A stretch of 64,000 bases of DNA from Chiloscyllium plagiosum (taxonomy: Eukaryota). The position numbers were made by a program, and so were the translations under genes. The notes below the pieces were generated by a model. It was not told the DNA's origin. It made no database searches and saw only the letters and a program-made list of their open reading frames with translations. The first letter of the stretch is position 1, and the number at the start of each line of letters is the position of its first letter. This document shows, one piece after another, positions 13,690 to 28,425 of this stretch. The stretch lies in NCBI RefSeq assembly GCF_004010195.1, contig NC_057711.1, positions 79,456,866 through 79,520,865 of the forward strand, read 5' to 3'.

Positions 13690-14145
13690 TTGTGTCAGAG
13701 TTGGAGGGTTTGAGCTATAGGGAGTGGCTGAATACGCTGGGGCTGTATTCCCTGGAGCATCAGAGGCTGAAGGGTGACCTCATAGAGATTTATAAAATCA
13801 TGAGGGACATGATTAGGATAAATAGCCAAGCTCTTTTCCCTGGGGTGGGGGAATCCAGAAATAGAGGGCATAAGTTTAGGGTGAGAGGGAATGACTTAAA
13901 AGGGACCAAAGGGGAAACTTGTACATACAGTAGATGGTGCGTATATGGAATGAGCTGCCACAGGAAGTGGAGGAGGCTAGTAAAATTGGAACATTTAAAA
14001 GGCATCTGAATGGGTATATGAATAGGAAGGATTTGGAGGGATTTGGGCCAGGTGCTGGCAGGTGGCACTAGATTGGGTTGGGATATCTGATAGGTATGGA
14101 CGAGTTGGACCAAGGGGCCTGTTTCCGTGCTGTACATCTCTATGT
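13690..14145 (+). mobile_element. CR1/HER1-type LINE 3' end
   Basis: ORF LEGLSYREWLNTLGLYSLEHQRLKGDLIEIYKIMR. Tail ..ggaccaaggggcctgtttccgtgctgtacatctctatg is shared with the HE1 SINE tail. Confidence 0.85.
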
Positions 14146-17100
14146 GAAAAATGCAATAAAACAGGAAATGATCCTCACACCCTTTCAGCCCTCACATCAC
14201 ATCCATGAAACCGCACACCCTCCACTCCCCCAGTACCAATTTCAACCCTCCATAGCACGACATGCACTTCAACCTATTCCCCTATGGCCTGTCATACCAT
14301 TCATACCTACCTATGTTCTGTAGCCTTCCAGAAGGTGCTTTATGGTTTCTATACCATGTTAGGCTAACTCATGTCAGCCCATCCCTCTACCTATCAAATT
14401 TTGCCATTGCAGCTACCCTGTCATTGAGCCACTGTCTACTATGTGCAGACCTTAGGACTTACGTTCAGATTAGATACAGTAAAGTTCTAAAGAGTCTGTT
14501 GAAAAATTCAACATTTACAAAAAAACATACTTCATGATCATATCAGACTCACTAACTGTAACTTCCTTTAATATCATATAAAAACAAGCATTGAAAATCA
14601 TAGTCCCACTTCAAAGGCTTTTGGAGCTGAAATTCAAAATGTGAGCTGAGAGGCATCCCGTGGTGAAAAAGAAAGGTTGTGACATAAATCGTATCACACT
14701 AATTCTGTAATGATAATCCTGAGGGTTATGTCAACAGTGAATTAGCAGGCAATGTTCCTTTTTAATTCTACTGCAGACAGGTTTTCAAATATTTAAAGGA
14801 CAGTTCCACATTCATAATATTATGTAATGATGAAGAAATTCCATGCTTACACAAGAAGTTTAGGCATTAATATCCATTCCCTTTTTTTGAATTGTCTGAA
14901 TTTCTTTTCTCACTTTAAAGGCATTATTTAAATACGACTTGTGGTAGTTATTAATTTTATCTCTTTACAATCTACTCCCCTGTCATTGAGAGTCAGTGTC
15001 TTTACTCCTTTTGTATGTGATATAACGCAGGAGTTAAAATAGTAAGATAAATAAAAATACAACGTTATGCCAAATATGAAGAACACTGGCCCTACTAACG
15101 ACATGTGAGAGCTTTGTCAAGGAGTGTGGAGAGAGAGCCTCAACAAAGGATGTATTGTGAAATTTTAACTCCAAAGCATAAAATTTTTTGTTTAAAGACA
15201 AGACTCTGATTTCAATGGCCGATTTGCCTCCCAGTCGGAAAACAGAGTGCTCCAAAGCAGGCTGCCACCATAGATAAGGGGCCTGCAATTATTACTGGGA
15301 GTGGTCTCAAACATACAAACAAAAGTAGGCTAATCAGCTTCATAATTCAATAAATTCATGGCTGATCTGATTTTAACCTCAAATATAATTTCCTGCATAT
15401 CCTGGATAATATTTTGTCCCTTTTGGTAATCAAAAATCTATCTATCTTTGTCTTAAAAATATTCGCAGATTCTGCATCCACTGCCTTTTGGTAAATTTAA
15501 ATGCCAGTGCCATTATAAGTTCTAAATAATCAAATGGCTCCAGGATGTGAATTAGCTGTCTTCCCCGATCTCATATTCATTAAACCTCCAAACTGGGCAT
15601 GTTGGAGGCAGGTTTGAGATTTTATTTTGAGGTTTTGTATGATCCAAATTGCCTTCTAATCATTAGTGTGTGTTTGTAATCTGACCAAAGTAAGAATGCT
15701 TCGATGAAAATCCAGACATTTGCTGACATTCCAAATGGTTCCAATATTATCACTTAGAATTGTGATTTCATTAAATCACAACTTTAAGTAAATCATATTT
15801 TCCCATTGAAACCAATGTAAAAGCTGTGGTTAGGTTCTACAGGATCTTTCTCCTCAGAAGATGCAATTAAATGTTATACACTAAGTCAAAATACATTAAA
15901 TTGCTGAATTCTTTTATTGGTGAATAAAAAAAATGTAAAAGTAAGGCTGTGTTTTTTGTCCTCGCAACTGTTTGGCTGCCCTCAGGGTTAATGAATCACA
16001 TAGCCTGTGAAAGTACTGCCAGTGACTCCACAGTGAGATATCTGTAAAAGTACAGGAGCAATAAAGCTAGTGTTTTTCAAATGTTGCAAGTGAATTCAAA
16101 TCCTGGGATCCCAATTTGCCCCACTCCAAAGACTTGTCCACCCTATTCCTGACCCCTTACAGCCTCCCTCCTGCTTATTGCTGTGTTGCTTCACTATTCG
16201 CCAAGCCCTGTAGTGAGGGAATGAGGAAGTGAAAGGTAGGGAGTGGAGCAACTGAGGACTTAAAAATGGTTGCAGAGGTGGTGAATGGGAGAGTGGGTGC
16301 CAGTGGAAAGGCCAAGCAGGAGATGGGAGTTGAGAGTGGGGCAACGAAGGAACAGGAGAGTGGGCCATTGAGTGAAGCAACAAGCATGAAAGCAAAGCCC
16401 CAACTGCAGCAGTGAGATTCCTAGGGTGCAATTGGCACCACGTTGCATCTGAGTGGAGCAGGTGCCAGCTTTCAGCTCCAAGGGCAGATGTCACTGTGGC
16501 AGGAAGAAAATATACACTTAAAAATATCCCCACCTCCCCAAGTTTTTGTGCTTTATGTCCTTTCGGTCCAAGTTCCATGCAAAACTTTCCATGCGCAGAC
16601 AGCCAGGTGCTTTTGTGGTTAATATTTTATGTTCAAAGGCATCTTGCAAAACATATGTTTTGACAGAATCATAGAGGTACCAACACCAAGCCGTTTACAA
16701 TGTGGCCGAACCTTTGTTTTGGAATATAATGCTGGAATGTCAATACCACACGTTGTGAATTTTATCTCTCTTTCCTATCACTTTGCTCAGAATAAAAATA
16801 ATTGCACAATTCATAATTACATGGACATACCTCATTAATTAAATTTGGAACACAACTTGAAGAGGTATAAATAAAAACTAGTTTGATATAATAATTAAAC
16901 TTTGTGGCAGCACTTTTTTCTTGTACGTAATGGAATTGTGTGTTTGGAATAGTATCAATTGATGAATGGTGGTATTTGAATAGAGAACCCCAAAAAATTG
17001 GAATACTTCGACTATTCAAAGAGTACATACAAAAAAATTTGTCTGACTCTTTTTTACCGTACTTAAGGATTACTAAATAAAACTTAAATAGATACCCTAT

Positions 17101-20100
17101 CTGCCTCTTCAGGTGAATGTAAGATATCCTCTGACAAGATTCAAAGAATAGAACATTTCTTTATATAAATCATCAAAACAATTTACGAGATCATTTATAC
17201 GAGATCATCAAGATCTCAGATATACCAGTATGAGAATTGTTAATCACATGTCTACATAGTAAACGATGATTCTATTTTAAACAATAAAGTAATTAATTTG
17301 CTGTAAAGTATTTTAGGATGTACGGAGGTCATGAAATACACTTCAGAAATGATGATACTTACTTCCAACAAGGGGCCTTTTGTACAGTATAGCAATTTAA
17401 AGAAAAAAATGTACGGAACTCAGAAATTCAATTTTTTTTCATTCCATTGGTAATAGATTGCTATTCAAATAACATCCAATTGGTAAATTATTTTAAAATG
17501 CAATCTCAGAGTTTTAGCTCACAGCAGCACTGAGGTTGCAGTCAACCTGTGTTTTTAATGATATAACTTGAGCAATAAAATGAGTTGGTTGGGGCACTTA
17601 GATCTTGTCAAATAGTGCCATGCGACTGTGTTTTCTTTTACCTATCTGAGAACGTATCTAATGTGAGCAGACAAAGTGCTTAGTTTAACTTCTCATTCAC
17701 AGAAGGGTCACTGCAACAAGCAGCACTCCCTATATACTGTGCAGAATTGAAAGCCTGGATTACTTGGTGTGCTGAGTTTAGCATTGTACTTGAAGCTGCT
17801 CATAACTTACTAACTCAGATGGAAGTACTATGTAGACCTAAATTGATTGTTTGTAGCATGAAAATTGAGCCAGAAATTCCAAGCACTATCGGAAACCCCA
17901 TTTCCTACCCTGATCAGGTTAAAACACCTCCAATTACCTTCTGATGGCTTATGTGCTGGAGATTCATGGTTCGAGGCCTTTTGTTATGAACCTGTTCAGG
18001 AATCCTTGAATCCAACAGTAGAGAAGATCTTCATTAAGATCATGCCCCATTTTGCAGCACTGAATACCATTTTCTGAAATTCGCATGTCCAGTAGACACT
18101 TCGAAAGTTGCTGAGATAATTGAGGAGTCAGGGTGGTGAACATATGGTGAATGGGTAGGTTGCCAGGTGTGGAGGGTGCCAGAGTAGTATGGTGCGGGGT
18201 AGGTGGGACGCTGGACTGTTAGTTATAGAAATCAGTAGGAAGATAGGGTGTGGTGTTGTGTTTTAACAGATCCATATAGGTTTTTTTCCAGTTTCAATTG
18301 TCAAGTTGTTCAGGTCATGAAATAAACAATGTTGCTAAATGAAATACAACGCCTTTTCAATGTCACACTACACATACAATCTATATATTTCAGTCTGTAG
18401 TGTTCAACAGTCTGTCATGTTAATTTAAGCTTGACAAGCAGTTTCTTGTCAGCTCTTAAGATAGAATTTGCTCCTTATTAATACCGATTTAATTTCTAGA
18501 AGAAATCAGCATATGCATTCACTGCCAGCATGCACATGCACACTAATCTCGGTTCACACCACCTTATTGGAATTAAAGACTTTTTAGTGGAAGGGTTACT
18601 ATAGTGATTTTTATGCGATTACAGAACTGCATACAGTTACTCAGAAAACTTAATGGTGTAGAAGCAGACATGCTGTTGTGTGTATGGTTTCTGTTCATTT
18701 AAATTATATAATTCTAAACTTTGGATGTACTTTTAACTCGGAATGTTTATCTTTCTGGAATGTAATAAAGCTTTCACTTGAGTCTTTCAATGAATTAAGA
18801 AAGGGCTTCAGAGTTCAATAGGAAATGGGAAATGCATTTTTCAAAATAAAGAGTAGTGTTTTGTCAGCTGAAAAAAAAATGTGTCAATGGACTTTTTCAA
18901 TTTTGCTTGGAAACAAAATAGATGATAAGGAAGCATCCATGGGAGGAACTTTTTGGAAGAGTTCAAGTACCTTTATTACATTCAGTAATCTTTGTTTTCT
19001 CATCTCTCTTCCATTTCTACCCCCTCAACCATGATAGGCAGCATGTAAGAAATCAGTTCTTTTCAAATGACCCAAGCTATCAATGAATGTAGTTGTTCAG
19101 GGATGTGTGACCCACGTGACCTATAAATCTGATTGGAAGTTACAGCGCTGGCAACATGGTTGGATTCACTGATGGATGGCAGATTAAGGACTATGATTAA
19201 CCATGTGATTTGCAGGCTTGGAATCTGTTGCCAACGCAACATTCATCGGATGCAGTCAGAATTTCAAGTGACCAAATGAAATTCAGGTGGTGCAGCATTT
19301 TCTCTTGCTTTTCCATTTTTCCTATGTGGCCTACACTTCAAAGTGAAAAATAAATCTTTGATGAATCTGCTGTTCACCCTTAAGCTGTCTGTTACTCATC
19401 AGACACCAGGTTGCAGTTCAGTGAACAGAAGAAAAGGTTTTAATAAAATCGTGCCACAGGCAGTAATGCATCATTTTAGGCCTCTAATTACATTACAATG
19501 ACAAATATCAATGGTGACAACAGCAATAACCTACATCCTTTAATAGCTGGGTTGGAAAGGATTTTGGGCTGTTTGCCATTATGTTAGACTCCATTTCAAA
19601 AGTAGACCATTAGGAGTGTGTATTTGACAGTATTATTGTCTGATAACCCAAGCTCTGTGAAAGGGTCTGTAAATAAATGATGCTTCACTATCTGCCTTTC
19701 CCTGAGGACAAAAGAGGGCACATTACATGGTGACCGTAGAATGCTAGGGTTGCTGTGGTAACTTTCTCTTTAAACAGAGAATGTATCATCTAATTTTTTT
19801 AACTTTCTAGTCTTTGTCTTCTGGCAATTAGTGCCACTACAAAAAAAAAATTGTTCTCTTTACAAGTGAAAGTTAAGATTCTATCGTCACAGTGTTGCTA
19901 TTTCTGGGATGGGTACATGTCAGAGACCAGTTCCTTTACTGAACTTTTTTCATTCCTAAGTCTTACTTGTATACCTTCCAACTTCTTGAATGTGCTAACG
20001 TTTTTTTGGATATTTAGGATTATTGATAATTCTATAATAATGTCTTGCAAGTAAGTATCTTTTATGTAAAATGAGACAGCGAACTATCTAATATAGGGGG

Positions 20101-22079
20101 TGAAATTTTAATCTTTAATGATTGGTACATTGGGATAATGGTGAGAAGTTTTAAATATAATGCAGTCCCTACCCCAATTTCTGCATTTCCAGCTTTAATA
20201 GGGATGTGTAACTAATTGGTTTTCAAGGCAGGTTGGCCAGTAAAGTATTTTAAAATCTGTGCCTCCATGTTAACAGAATTTTTATTTTTAATTTATAAGT
20301 GGTGTTCCCTCAGCTCAGGAACCCAACAGAATTGGCTTTGGCCCTCTCTTTTTCGTTTACAGCATTACTATGTGTGAGCCAGGGGAGCGGGAGTGATTCC
20401 TACAGGCCTAGCAAGCTGCTGATCATTTTACCATCCTAAAGCAGAGGCTATCACAACAGAGCCCATGTCTGTTCTTCAAAAATATTGTCATTCAGAAGTT
20501 TTTTATTCAACAGGATTGGGAACGCAAGTGGCCTATTTGTTTTTTGTCATGCCACCAAGACACTGAGGCCAGTTTTTGTACCTTAGCTGAGATCAGTTAA
20601 TAAAGTGGAGATTAAAGTACAAATCTGGGATCTTTCCAGGTTGCATGGTTTCCTGTCGTCACTGAGAAATCAAGAGTTTATTATTGGATTTTTGATTGAT
20701 TTCAATATTGCTGTGCTTGTATTTCCACAACCTGTCAGATGGTTCCAATTAGATTAGGATTGTAACACTTGATTTGGTTCCTTGTGTTTAAAGGATTACA
20801 CCGGTGTAATGATGAAAGGAAAATTTGAGGTATTATAACCAGATTGGTCAAAATAAAAGAATTGCAACAAGACTGATAGCGTTGAATTAATTGTAATTGC
20901 AAATGACAAGATTGATCAGGAGATAGTATATTTCAGCCAGTCAATTAAAGACCTTTAAACATAGTGCAAGAATGAACAGTAACTCACGTGGCAAGAAAAA
21001 TTGAGAGGCACTGCACAAAAGATACACAAACATTGTCTTTTCCTGACTGATTTGATCATTTAAATAGCTGATTTTTTTTCAAGATAATACTCAAGGAAAG
21101 TTTTCCTGCTTCCAGCAATTTGTTTTGAATATTTATGACAGATCTCTAACTATATGACAGTGTTCAACTGTGGTTATTCATTTGATGGTGCACATTCTCA
21201 TTGTGCTAATTAGCAAATTAAATACTCATTATTGTTCAAACACAGTAGCAGTTTTGTTGTATAGATATAGATGACTAGTGCTGCCATAGCTAACACCACT
21301 CCCCCAGGACACTAGGATGCTTGAAAAAAAACTTGGATCATCTTACTGTAGGTCATGTAAGGCACAGACTGTGTGTACTGTAGCATAAAAGACATGAAAC
21401 AGCTCTCTTGCTATTATGATTTAATATCTTCAACAGTACATCATACATTATTAAAACAGAAAATGAAAGTTCTTTCAGCTTTATAGGTTATATATCTAAC
21501 ATTGTCATTTGTTTATTAAAATAGACGTCACAGCATCTGGATTTGTTTAAGAATGTCAGTTTTAGAAAATCAAAATCAAAAGCATGCAAGTAGAATTTAC
21601 TGAATGGAAGATTGTGAGGGTTGAATTAGCATCAGTAAATATGTTAATTTACAGAGGTTGGTTCAATGATCTTGCAATTTTAAGTGTGTGTATTAATTCG
21701 GATCACCCACACCGTTAGGCTCAGTAATTCTAAGCTGCTTTCACCCCCCCACCATTTGTCAACTGTTCAGGCAGAAATCAACAGAGAGACTAATGAGACT
21801 CATTTCTGTAAAATAAGAAATTCTGGACTGCCAGTTAAATGCAATTTATTTAAAAATTCTTCTAGTAAAGAGGGAGCACATTGGTCCCAGGGCCACAAAG
21901 ACCTGGTTAAGTGAGTTATGGGGGTGGGAAGGGAAGAAAAATTTCAGGTAGAACTATAGTCACCTGGACATGCATAATTTCATTTCTTTCAACTGACTTG
22001 ACAGATACTTCCAGGAGGTGCAGTTGGGCCTTGGCCTTGAGGTCATTGCCATTCCTTTCCCTGGTTCCTTTTCTTTACT

Positions 22080-22490
22080 TCCTCTTGCTGCTGGGTGTTC
22101 TTAAAGAATTCTGACCCTTCTTACAGAGCCTTCCACCAAGTTGGCTTCTTGTGAATGATGGTCTCCCTTGCGTTAGCATCTATGGTTGCATTTCTTGAGG
22201 GAAGCCTTGAGGAAGTCTTTGAAATACTTCCTTTGTCTTGCCCCATGCTTGATTTGCCTTTGATCGTAGGAACTCCAGCATCCTAAACATGTGGCTGGCC
22301 CAGAGGAATTGGTTTCAAATGATTATGTCCTTGATGCTGGTGCTGTTAACTGCTTCAAGGATGCTGATGTTAGCACACCTGAGCTTCTACTGATGCATAG
22401 AATCCATCTCAAACAATTTCGATAATATTTCTCAAGGGTCATGAGGTGGTGCCCATTCATCATCCAGGTTTCCATAAAATAACTATGCTG
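22080..22490 (-). mobile_element. Old RTE-clade LINE fragment
   Basis: Decayed minus-strand reading ETW...TLEKY..CLR.IL...NISILEAVNSTSIKDII..NQFLWASHMFRM resembles the RTE/BovB RT C-terminus. Confidence 0.55.
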
Positions 22491-22559
22491 ACTGTCTCTG
22501 ATTAAATGAACATAACAATGTTCATTTCAATGTTAATGCTTATAATTATCCCACTGCAG

Positions 22560-23390
22560 AGATCAGATGGACTGACCTATTATTACAGTATTTGATCCAT
22601 CTCGAAGATACTTTTTTGAACAGTGGTTCAACATTTGTAGATCTCTATTTTCTAGTAACTCACTTGTATCTAATGAGGATTTGAAACTGATCCTCAATGT
22701 CCCCTTTTTTTTAATCTCCCTTCTGGCTTCCTCTGACAGCGTGCGATACGAATCATCTGGCCCTGATGTTTTATCAACCTTTTAGGAAGTTAGTCATTTT
22801 ATACTTCTCTCAGCCTTAAACTTACTTTATCTAATATTTTAGCTTCTCTTTAATGGGACTGTCTGCATCACTCCTCTCCCTTGTGAAGATCGAGGCAAAA
22901 CACTCTTTAAGAAGTGTCATATCATCTTCATCCACGCACAAGTAACCATTTATGTTCTGATAGGCCCGACCCTTTCCTTAGTCATTCTCTTCTTCTTAAT
23001 GTACTGATGATACATTTTTGAATTTTCTTTTATTTTACAGGCCATTTTTTTTAAAAAAAGTCTCCTCTTTGCTTTCCCTATTTTCCTTTTTTGTCTGACC
23101 CATGTACTGTCTATGCTACTCCAAACATCCTAAAGTATTAGTGTTTTGAGATTTTCATATCCTGTATTTTTCTGCTTTGTTGTTTTGTATATGCTTCTGG
23201 ATAACCAGAGGGCTTTTGATTGACAGGAGCACCCTTTTTCTTTTGGAGACATGTCGACACTGTCTGTGGAATTGCTATAGAACACCTTCCACTGATGTGC
23301 CAGTTACATTCCTACAAGTAACTGTAACAAGACTGCTTTTGCCTGGTCATCTCTTACCTTTCTAGGTTTGACTTTCCCCAAAGTAGAATA
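22560..23390 (-). mobile_element. Highly decayed CR1-like LINE fragment
   Basis: Segments such as atcatctggccctgatgttttatcaacc and ctcccttgtgaagatcgaggcaaaacact resemble 7120-7150 and 9180-9230. Confidence 0.4.
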
Positions 23391-23392
23391 GG

Positions 23393-23738
23393 ATAGAATC
23401 CTACAAGGAAGTGTGGAAGCAGTGTATTTGACCCATTGAGTCCAGACTGACCCTCTGAAGAGACCTACCCCTCCCCCAACCTTATCTGTGTAACCTAGCA
23501 TTTCCCATGGCTTACCCACCTGGCCTACACATCCCTGGACACTGTGTGCAATTTAGCATCACCAATCTACCTAAGCTGCACATCTTTGGACTGGGGGAGG
23601 AAACTAGAGCATCTGCAGGAAACCCACGCAGATATGAAGAATGTGCAAACTCCATACAGACAGTCACCTGAGGCTGGAATCAAACCTGAGTCCCTGACGC
23701 TGTAAGGCAGCCGTGCTAACCACTGACCCTCCATGCCA
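23393..23738 (-). mobile_element. HE1-like tRNA-derived V-SINE (older copy)
   Basis: Reverse strand shows the head tggcatggagggtcagtggttagcacgg, the V-domain gtgggtttcctgcagatgctctagtttcctccc..gtccaaagatgtgcag and a CR1-like tail. Confidence 0.8.
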
Positions 23739-24444
23739 TTTTTAATACTCGTGGAGTTGAAGTCACCACTCTCTGCCACTCATGTGTTCTCAATATTGCA
23801 TGAAGAGTCTTTTCTCAATGGCTTTCAACCACCCCATTCCTCCAAACTCCTAACCCTTCCTGCTTTCTCTTCTTCCTAGTCCCACACACGGGATGCCACA
23901 ACATTTTTCCTGACTGAGGAAAAACCAGCCCTCTGATTGACGATAGTTTCCCTTTACTTGACTAAGTTAGACTTGCAGACATAACCACTTGGTTGGAGCA
24001 CATGCTGTGTAAGCTGCTGGCTCATGCTGCAAGTGTGAAATTGATGTAGCTGTGAGCTATACTGAAACATGTCCACCCACTTGACTGTTTATTGCTCGCA
24101 AACATGATAAGCTGCCTTTCTGTGTTATAAGACCAGGCAAGGTAGAGCTGCTGTGTGTGTCCAAGTAAGTGCAAAGTGAGTGAGTACTGAGAAAGCCAGT
24201 TAAGACACTAAGATGCACTCTATAATGCTGCATGAGCTGGTGCTTGTTCCTGTGTCCAAAATTGACTGGCTGCAGTATTGCAATGTAAGGTGTCAGTGAG
24301 CTCCAAAATATAGTACTGAAGTGCTGAACTGCATTAGATGTTTCCTAAGACATATCATGATTATGTGCTGAGGCTGGTGATTTCCTGATGCCAACCTTTG
24401 TGAATGGAGGATGCAGGGGGTTGCTCCTCATTGAGTGTGTGTGA

Positions 24445-24630
24445 ACAGAGGATGCTGGAGATGCTGAACAGGTCTGGCAGTATCCGTGGACAGGAGTAGA
24501 GTTTACATTTTGAGTTCGATGTGATCCTTCTACAGCTAATGAAAATGAAGCTGTCAGACCAGGCTGCTGATTTCTCCACCAGTCTCTGCATTTGTTTTAG
24601 ATTTCAGAACAACAATATTCTGCTTTTGTG
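24445..24630. mobile_element. Short palindromic Penelope-tail derivative
   Basis: gatgctggagatgctgaacaggtctggcag ... gctgtcagaccaggctgctgatttctccacca form inverted arms similar to 62750-62850 and 41305-41520. Confidence 0.55.
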
Positions 24631-26419
24631 AGTGCACCTTGAAGCTGCGGAATGCTGGTCAAGTTGTATGCCCAGAGGAGACATTGGCAAGCTGCAGCTG
24701 CCAGGTTACTGACTTTTAAGTCAATTATTGGCATATCTAGTTTCTCTCCAGACTGGCAAAAATAGCAACATACATGTAAGTGAGGTAAGATTAAATAATA
24801 ATGGGATATTAATGCTTGCGTACAGGCTGTTGCTCAGTAGCAAAATTCTCATTTAGACATTGAAATGTTAGTGGAAAATTGGATTCTTGATGTTGATAAT
24901 CTTAGTTTTTCATTGTCACCATGTTTTCCCCAACTATCTCGTCATTGCCCACATCGGAAGGCTCTGCCCTTGGTGTTTCATTTATGGCATTTATGTGTTT
25001 TTAAGCTTTTGCAACATCTACCTACTCCAACTTTCCTCTTCTTCATGCGTAATACATGGAAAATATTAAATTTTGCATCTGTTGAGGTTGAGAAAACAGT
25101 TAAAAAATGTACTAAATATGGTCAAACTTGAAATGATCAAATGACTGTCTTTTATCTGTGGTTGTAAATACCATGGTGACTTTGCTGTATTGATAAATGC
25201 CTAAGCTTTCAAATTGTGATTTGTCAAAAAGTTGGCTATTTCAGGCCAGCTAGATGCTCTGCCTTTTGAGTATAACAATATGGATGTTTATCTCTGTGTT
25301 ATTGGCTCATTAAAATTCTGTATGTGTGCGGATCTAAATAATGACTGGCTTACAAGTAGAAAAACAGCTGTTTTTGAACTGGTTAAAAAGCTGAAGTAAA
25401 TAGCAAGTTCTACCCATTTTGTCCTTTGATTTGTATTTGAGTGGATTTAACATTTAACACCAATATTGAAAGAAATACATTTTCAGTGCAGGAGGCCTTT
25501 AGGTCTGCCATATTTAATGTTTCTTTGCCCTGGGTTCTTGACTTTTGTCTGTAAATCTTTAAGTCCTCATCTTTTAGTATTTGTCAAATTCCTTCTTAAA
25601 AAAAACAAATTGTCAACTTTTTGAATTTATTTCTGGTATGGTTTACAGTTGCACCTTTTTCCCATGCATTTCCCTGGCAACCACTGGTGTTCTGTTACAA
25701 TCCCACCTCAGAAACATGCTGCTCAGAAGCCATTGATTTAATACATCATTTCAGTTTTGCATAGAATTATTGCAATTATAGAAACAGGCTTTTTAGATCA
25801 AGAAGTCAGTTATTAGTATTTGTTCTTCACATGAAGAGGATTGCTCATAGAAACTCTCAACAAATTCTCCTTCTTGCTACTTTCTTTCAGTCTCCTATCT
25901 CACATTTTCTTCAATATTGCCATGGATTTGGCTTCAGTTATAACTCTAATTCATACATTCCACAATCTCGTACCATTATTTTTCTGCGACAAAGAAATGT
26001 TTGTGCCTCCCTGGTCTGAGTTTTAGCAAAAATCTGCTAAACGTCAATTTCAGGGTTTCTCTCCACTAGCTGTAGCGAGTTATCCCACACAACTTTACAC
26101 TGCTCACTTGATTTTATATAGATCACGTCTCTGTGGCATCATTCATTCATTATCATGTGTTAACAGGAGCAGAAGTACTCAACACTGCTGGCACCTTCTG
26201 AGATTTCTGCTGCCATCTTTAACAAAGCATGATGCCGTTTAACAACATGTCCGCTCCCTTGAACTGTTCATTGCTGGCCAGCGTGTCAGCCTGTGGCTTT
26301 GTGTCTGCACGAAAAGGCAAGGCAAGATAGAAATACTATCAGTCTGTAAATTCTGAGTGAAGCAGCATTGCACAAAAGGGCAAGGCATGGTGTTCTAGCA
26401 AAACTGTAAACAGGAGGTA

Positions 26420-27470
26420 AACTTTTCACTGGTTCGAGTCATGCCTGGCACATGGGAAGATGTGATTATTGGAGATCAGTCATCTCAGCTGCAAGGTGTC
26501 ACTGCAGCAATTCCTCAGGGTGGTGTCCAGGTCCAACCATCATCAGCTATTTCATCAATGACCTTCCCTCACTTATAACATCAGAAGTGGGGACGTTCAC
26601 CAAAGATTTCACAATGCTCATCACTATTCGTGACTGCTCAGACACTGAAGCAGTCTGTGTTCAAATGCAACAAGATCTGGACAGTATCCAAACTTAGGCT
26701 GACAAATGATAAGTACTGTTCACACCACAAACATACCAGACAATGATCATCTCCAATAAAATACTGCCCTTTAACATTCAGTGGTGTTACCATCACTGAA
26801 TCCCCCACTGTCAACATTCTGGGGGTTAGAATTGACCAGAAACTCAAGTGGATTCATTACATAAACAATAGCTATAAGAGCAGGTCAGAGGCTAGGAATG
26901 CTGCGGCGGGTAACTCACCTTGTACTCCCAAACACCTGTCCATCAACTACAGGAGACAAATCGAGAGTGTGATGGAATACTCCACACTTAGCTGGATGGC
27001 TGCAGCTCCAACAACTCTCAAGAAACTTCACACCATCCAGGTCAAAACAGCCCGCTTGATTTGGCTCCACATCCATAAGCATCCACTCCCTCTACTACCG
27101 GACCTCCGTATATACTGCTGCTGTTATCTACAAGATGCACTGCAGAAATTCACCAAAGATCCTTAAACAGCACCTTCCAAACCCACAACCACTTCCACCA
27201 ATTAGGACCAAGGCAGCAGATATATGAGAACTCCACTACCTGCAAGTTTCCCTCCAAGCCACTCATCATCCTGACTTCGAAATATATTTCTGTTCCTTCA
27301 CTGTTGCTGAGTCAAAATCCTGGAATTGTGCATTGTGGCCTACCTACAGCACATGGACTATAGCCAATCAAGGAGGCAGTTCATCATCACCTCTTCCAAG
27401 GGTAACAAGGAATGGGCAATAAGTACTGGCCAGCCAGTGACATCCATGTCCCATAAGTGAATAAAAAAAG
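26420..27470 (+). mobile_element. CR1/L2-group LINE 3' part (RT) with intact tail
   Basis: SSGWCPGPTIISYFINDLPS..EVGTFTKD (decayed QGS/FADD region) and MEYSTLSWMAAAPTTLKKLHTIQ. Ends gggcaataagtactggccagcc...gaataaaaaaa. Confidence 0.78.
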
Positions 27471-28425
27471 ATAAGGATGCTCTGAGCACCTACATAAACA
27501 CAAAGTGAATGAATGCAGAGGAAGTACATGAAGAACCTGAGATGTAAGTTGTTTCGATGCACAAGATGGATCCCTGTCCCTGAGCTCAAACAAGTCAGCC
27601 AACAGAATTACAATTAAAGGTATCAGTGTGCTCCAAAATTCAGTATTGAAGTTGAGAACTGTATTCTGAGAGAGCAGAGATGTGCCATGATGATGTGATG
27701 AGGTTGATGCAGGTATGATGCCAACTTCCATAACCTGTGGTGCAGGCAGTTGCTGCCCATGGAGTATGTTCTGAGATGTTGTTTTCTGCTGACCAAAATG
27801 GAGATCCCAGGAGGAGCATATCACGAGTTACAAACATCTACTCTGACTTTCATTTTGGGAACTGTCACTGTCTAATTTCTCTCTGCTATGTGGAAAAATG
27901 GCAAATTGAATATAAATCAGCAGAGAATAAGTAGTAATGAGCCTTAATGCAATCCAACAGACCTCTTGCCACTTGCGAGCAAGATTCTTGTCTTGATGCA
28001 AAATTGGACATTATTTTTCTTGACATAATGAATCTCATTTTTTCTGATCTTGCCATATCTTCCCAACTAATTTTCCATTGCTAATATTGCTCAAGAGTTG
28101 GGAAGATGCGGCTGCCCATTCTGAATTCCTTTGTATTTAATCATGTAACTGTGTCCAATCTTTTTAGAACTCTAATCACTTCTGACAGCCTTGTGCCATA
28201 CGTTTAAAATTTCAAACAAAAACACACACAATTTTTGTCATACAGACAGCATACTATGATACCCTTTTTAATGGATCAATGTCTTCACTGTATTTTAAAG
28301 ACAGATTTTGATGTAGAATTCTAACTGTGATCTTATCAGGATTCTTCTAAGTCTGTTATTTATCTTATCTGTTTTATTTTATGTTTAGTATCTTTGTGAC
28401 ATGCAGTGTTGATAAACCTGCTTAT

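Noticed and set aside
24750..24790. Splice-like signals (ctccAG ... GTAAGT gag GTAAGA)
   Set aside because: Lies in or next to an old repeat, has no TLE-like peptide and cannot be distinguished from chance.
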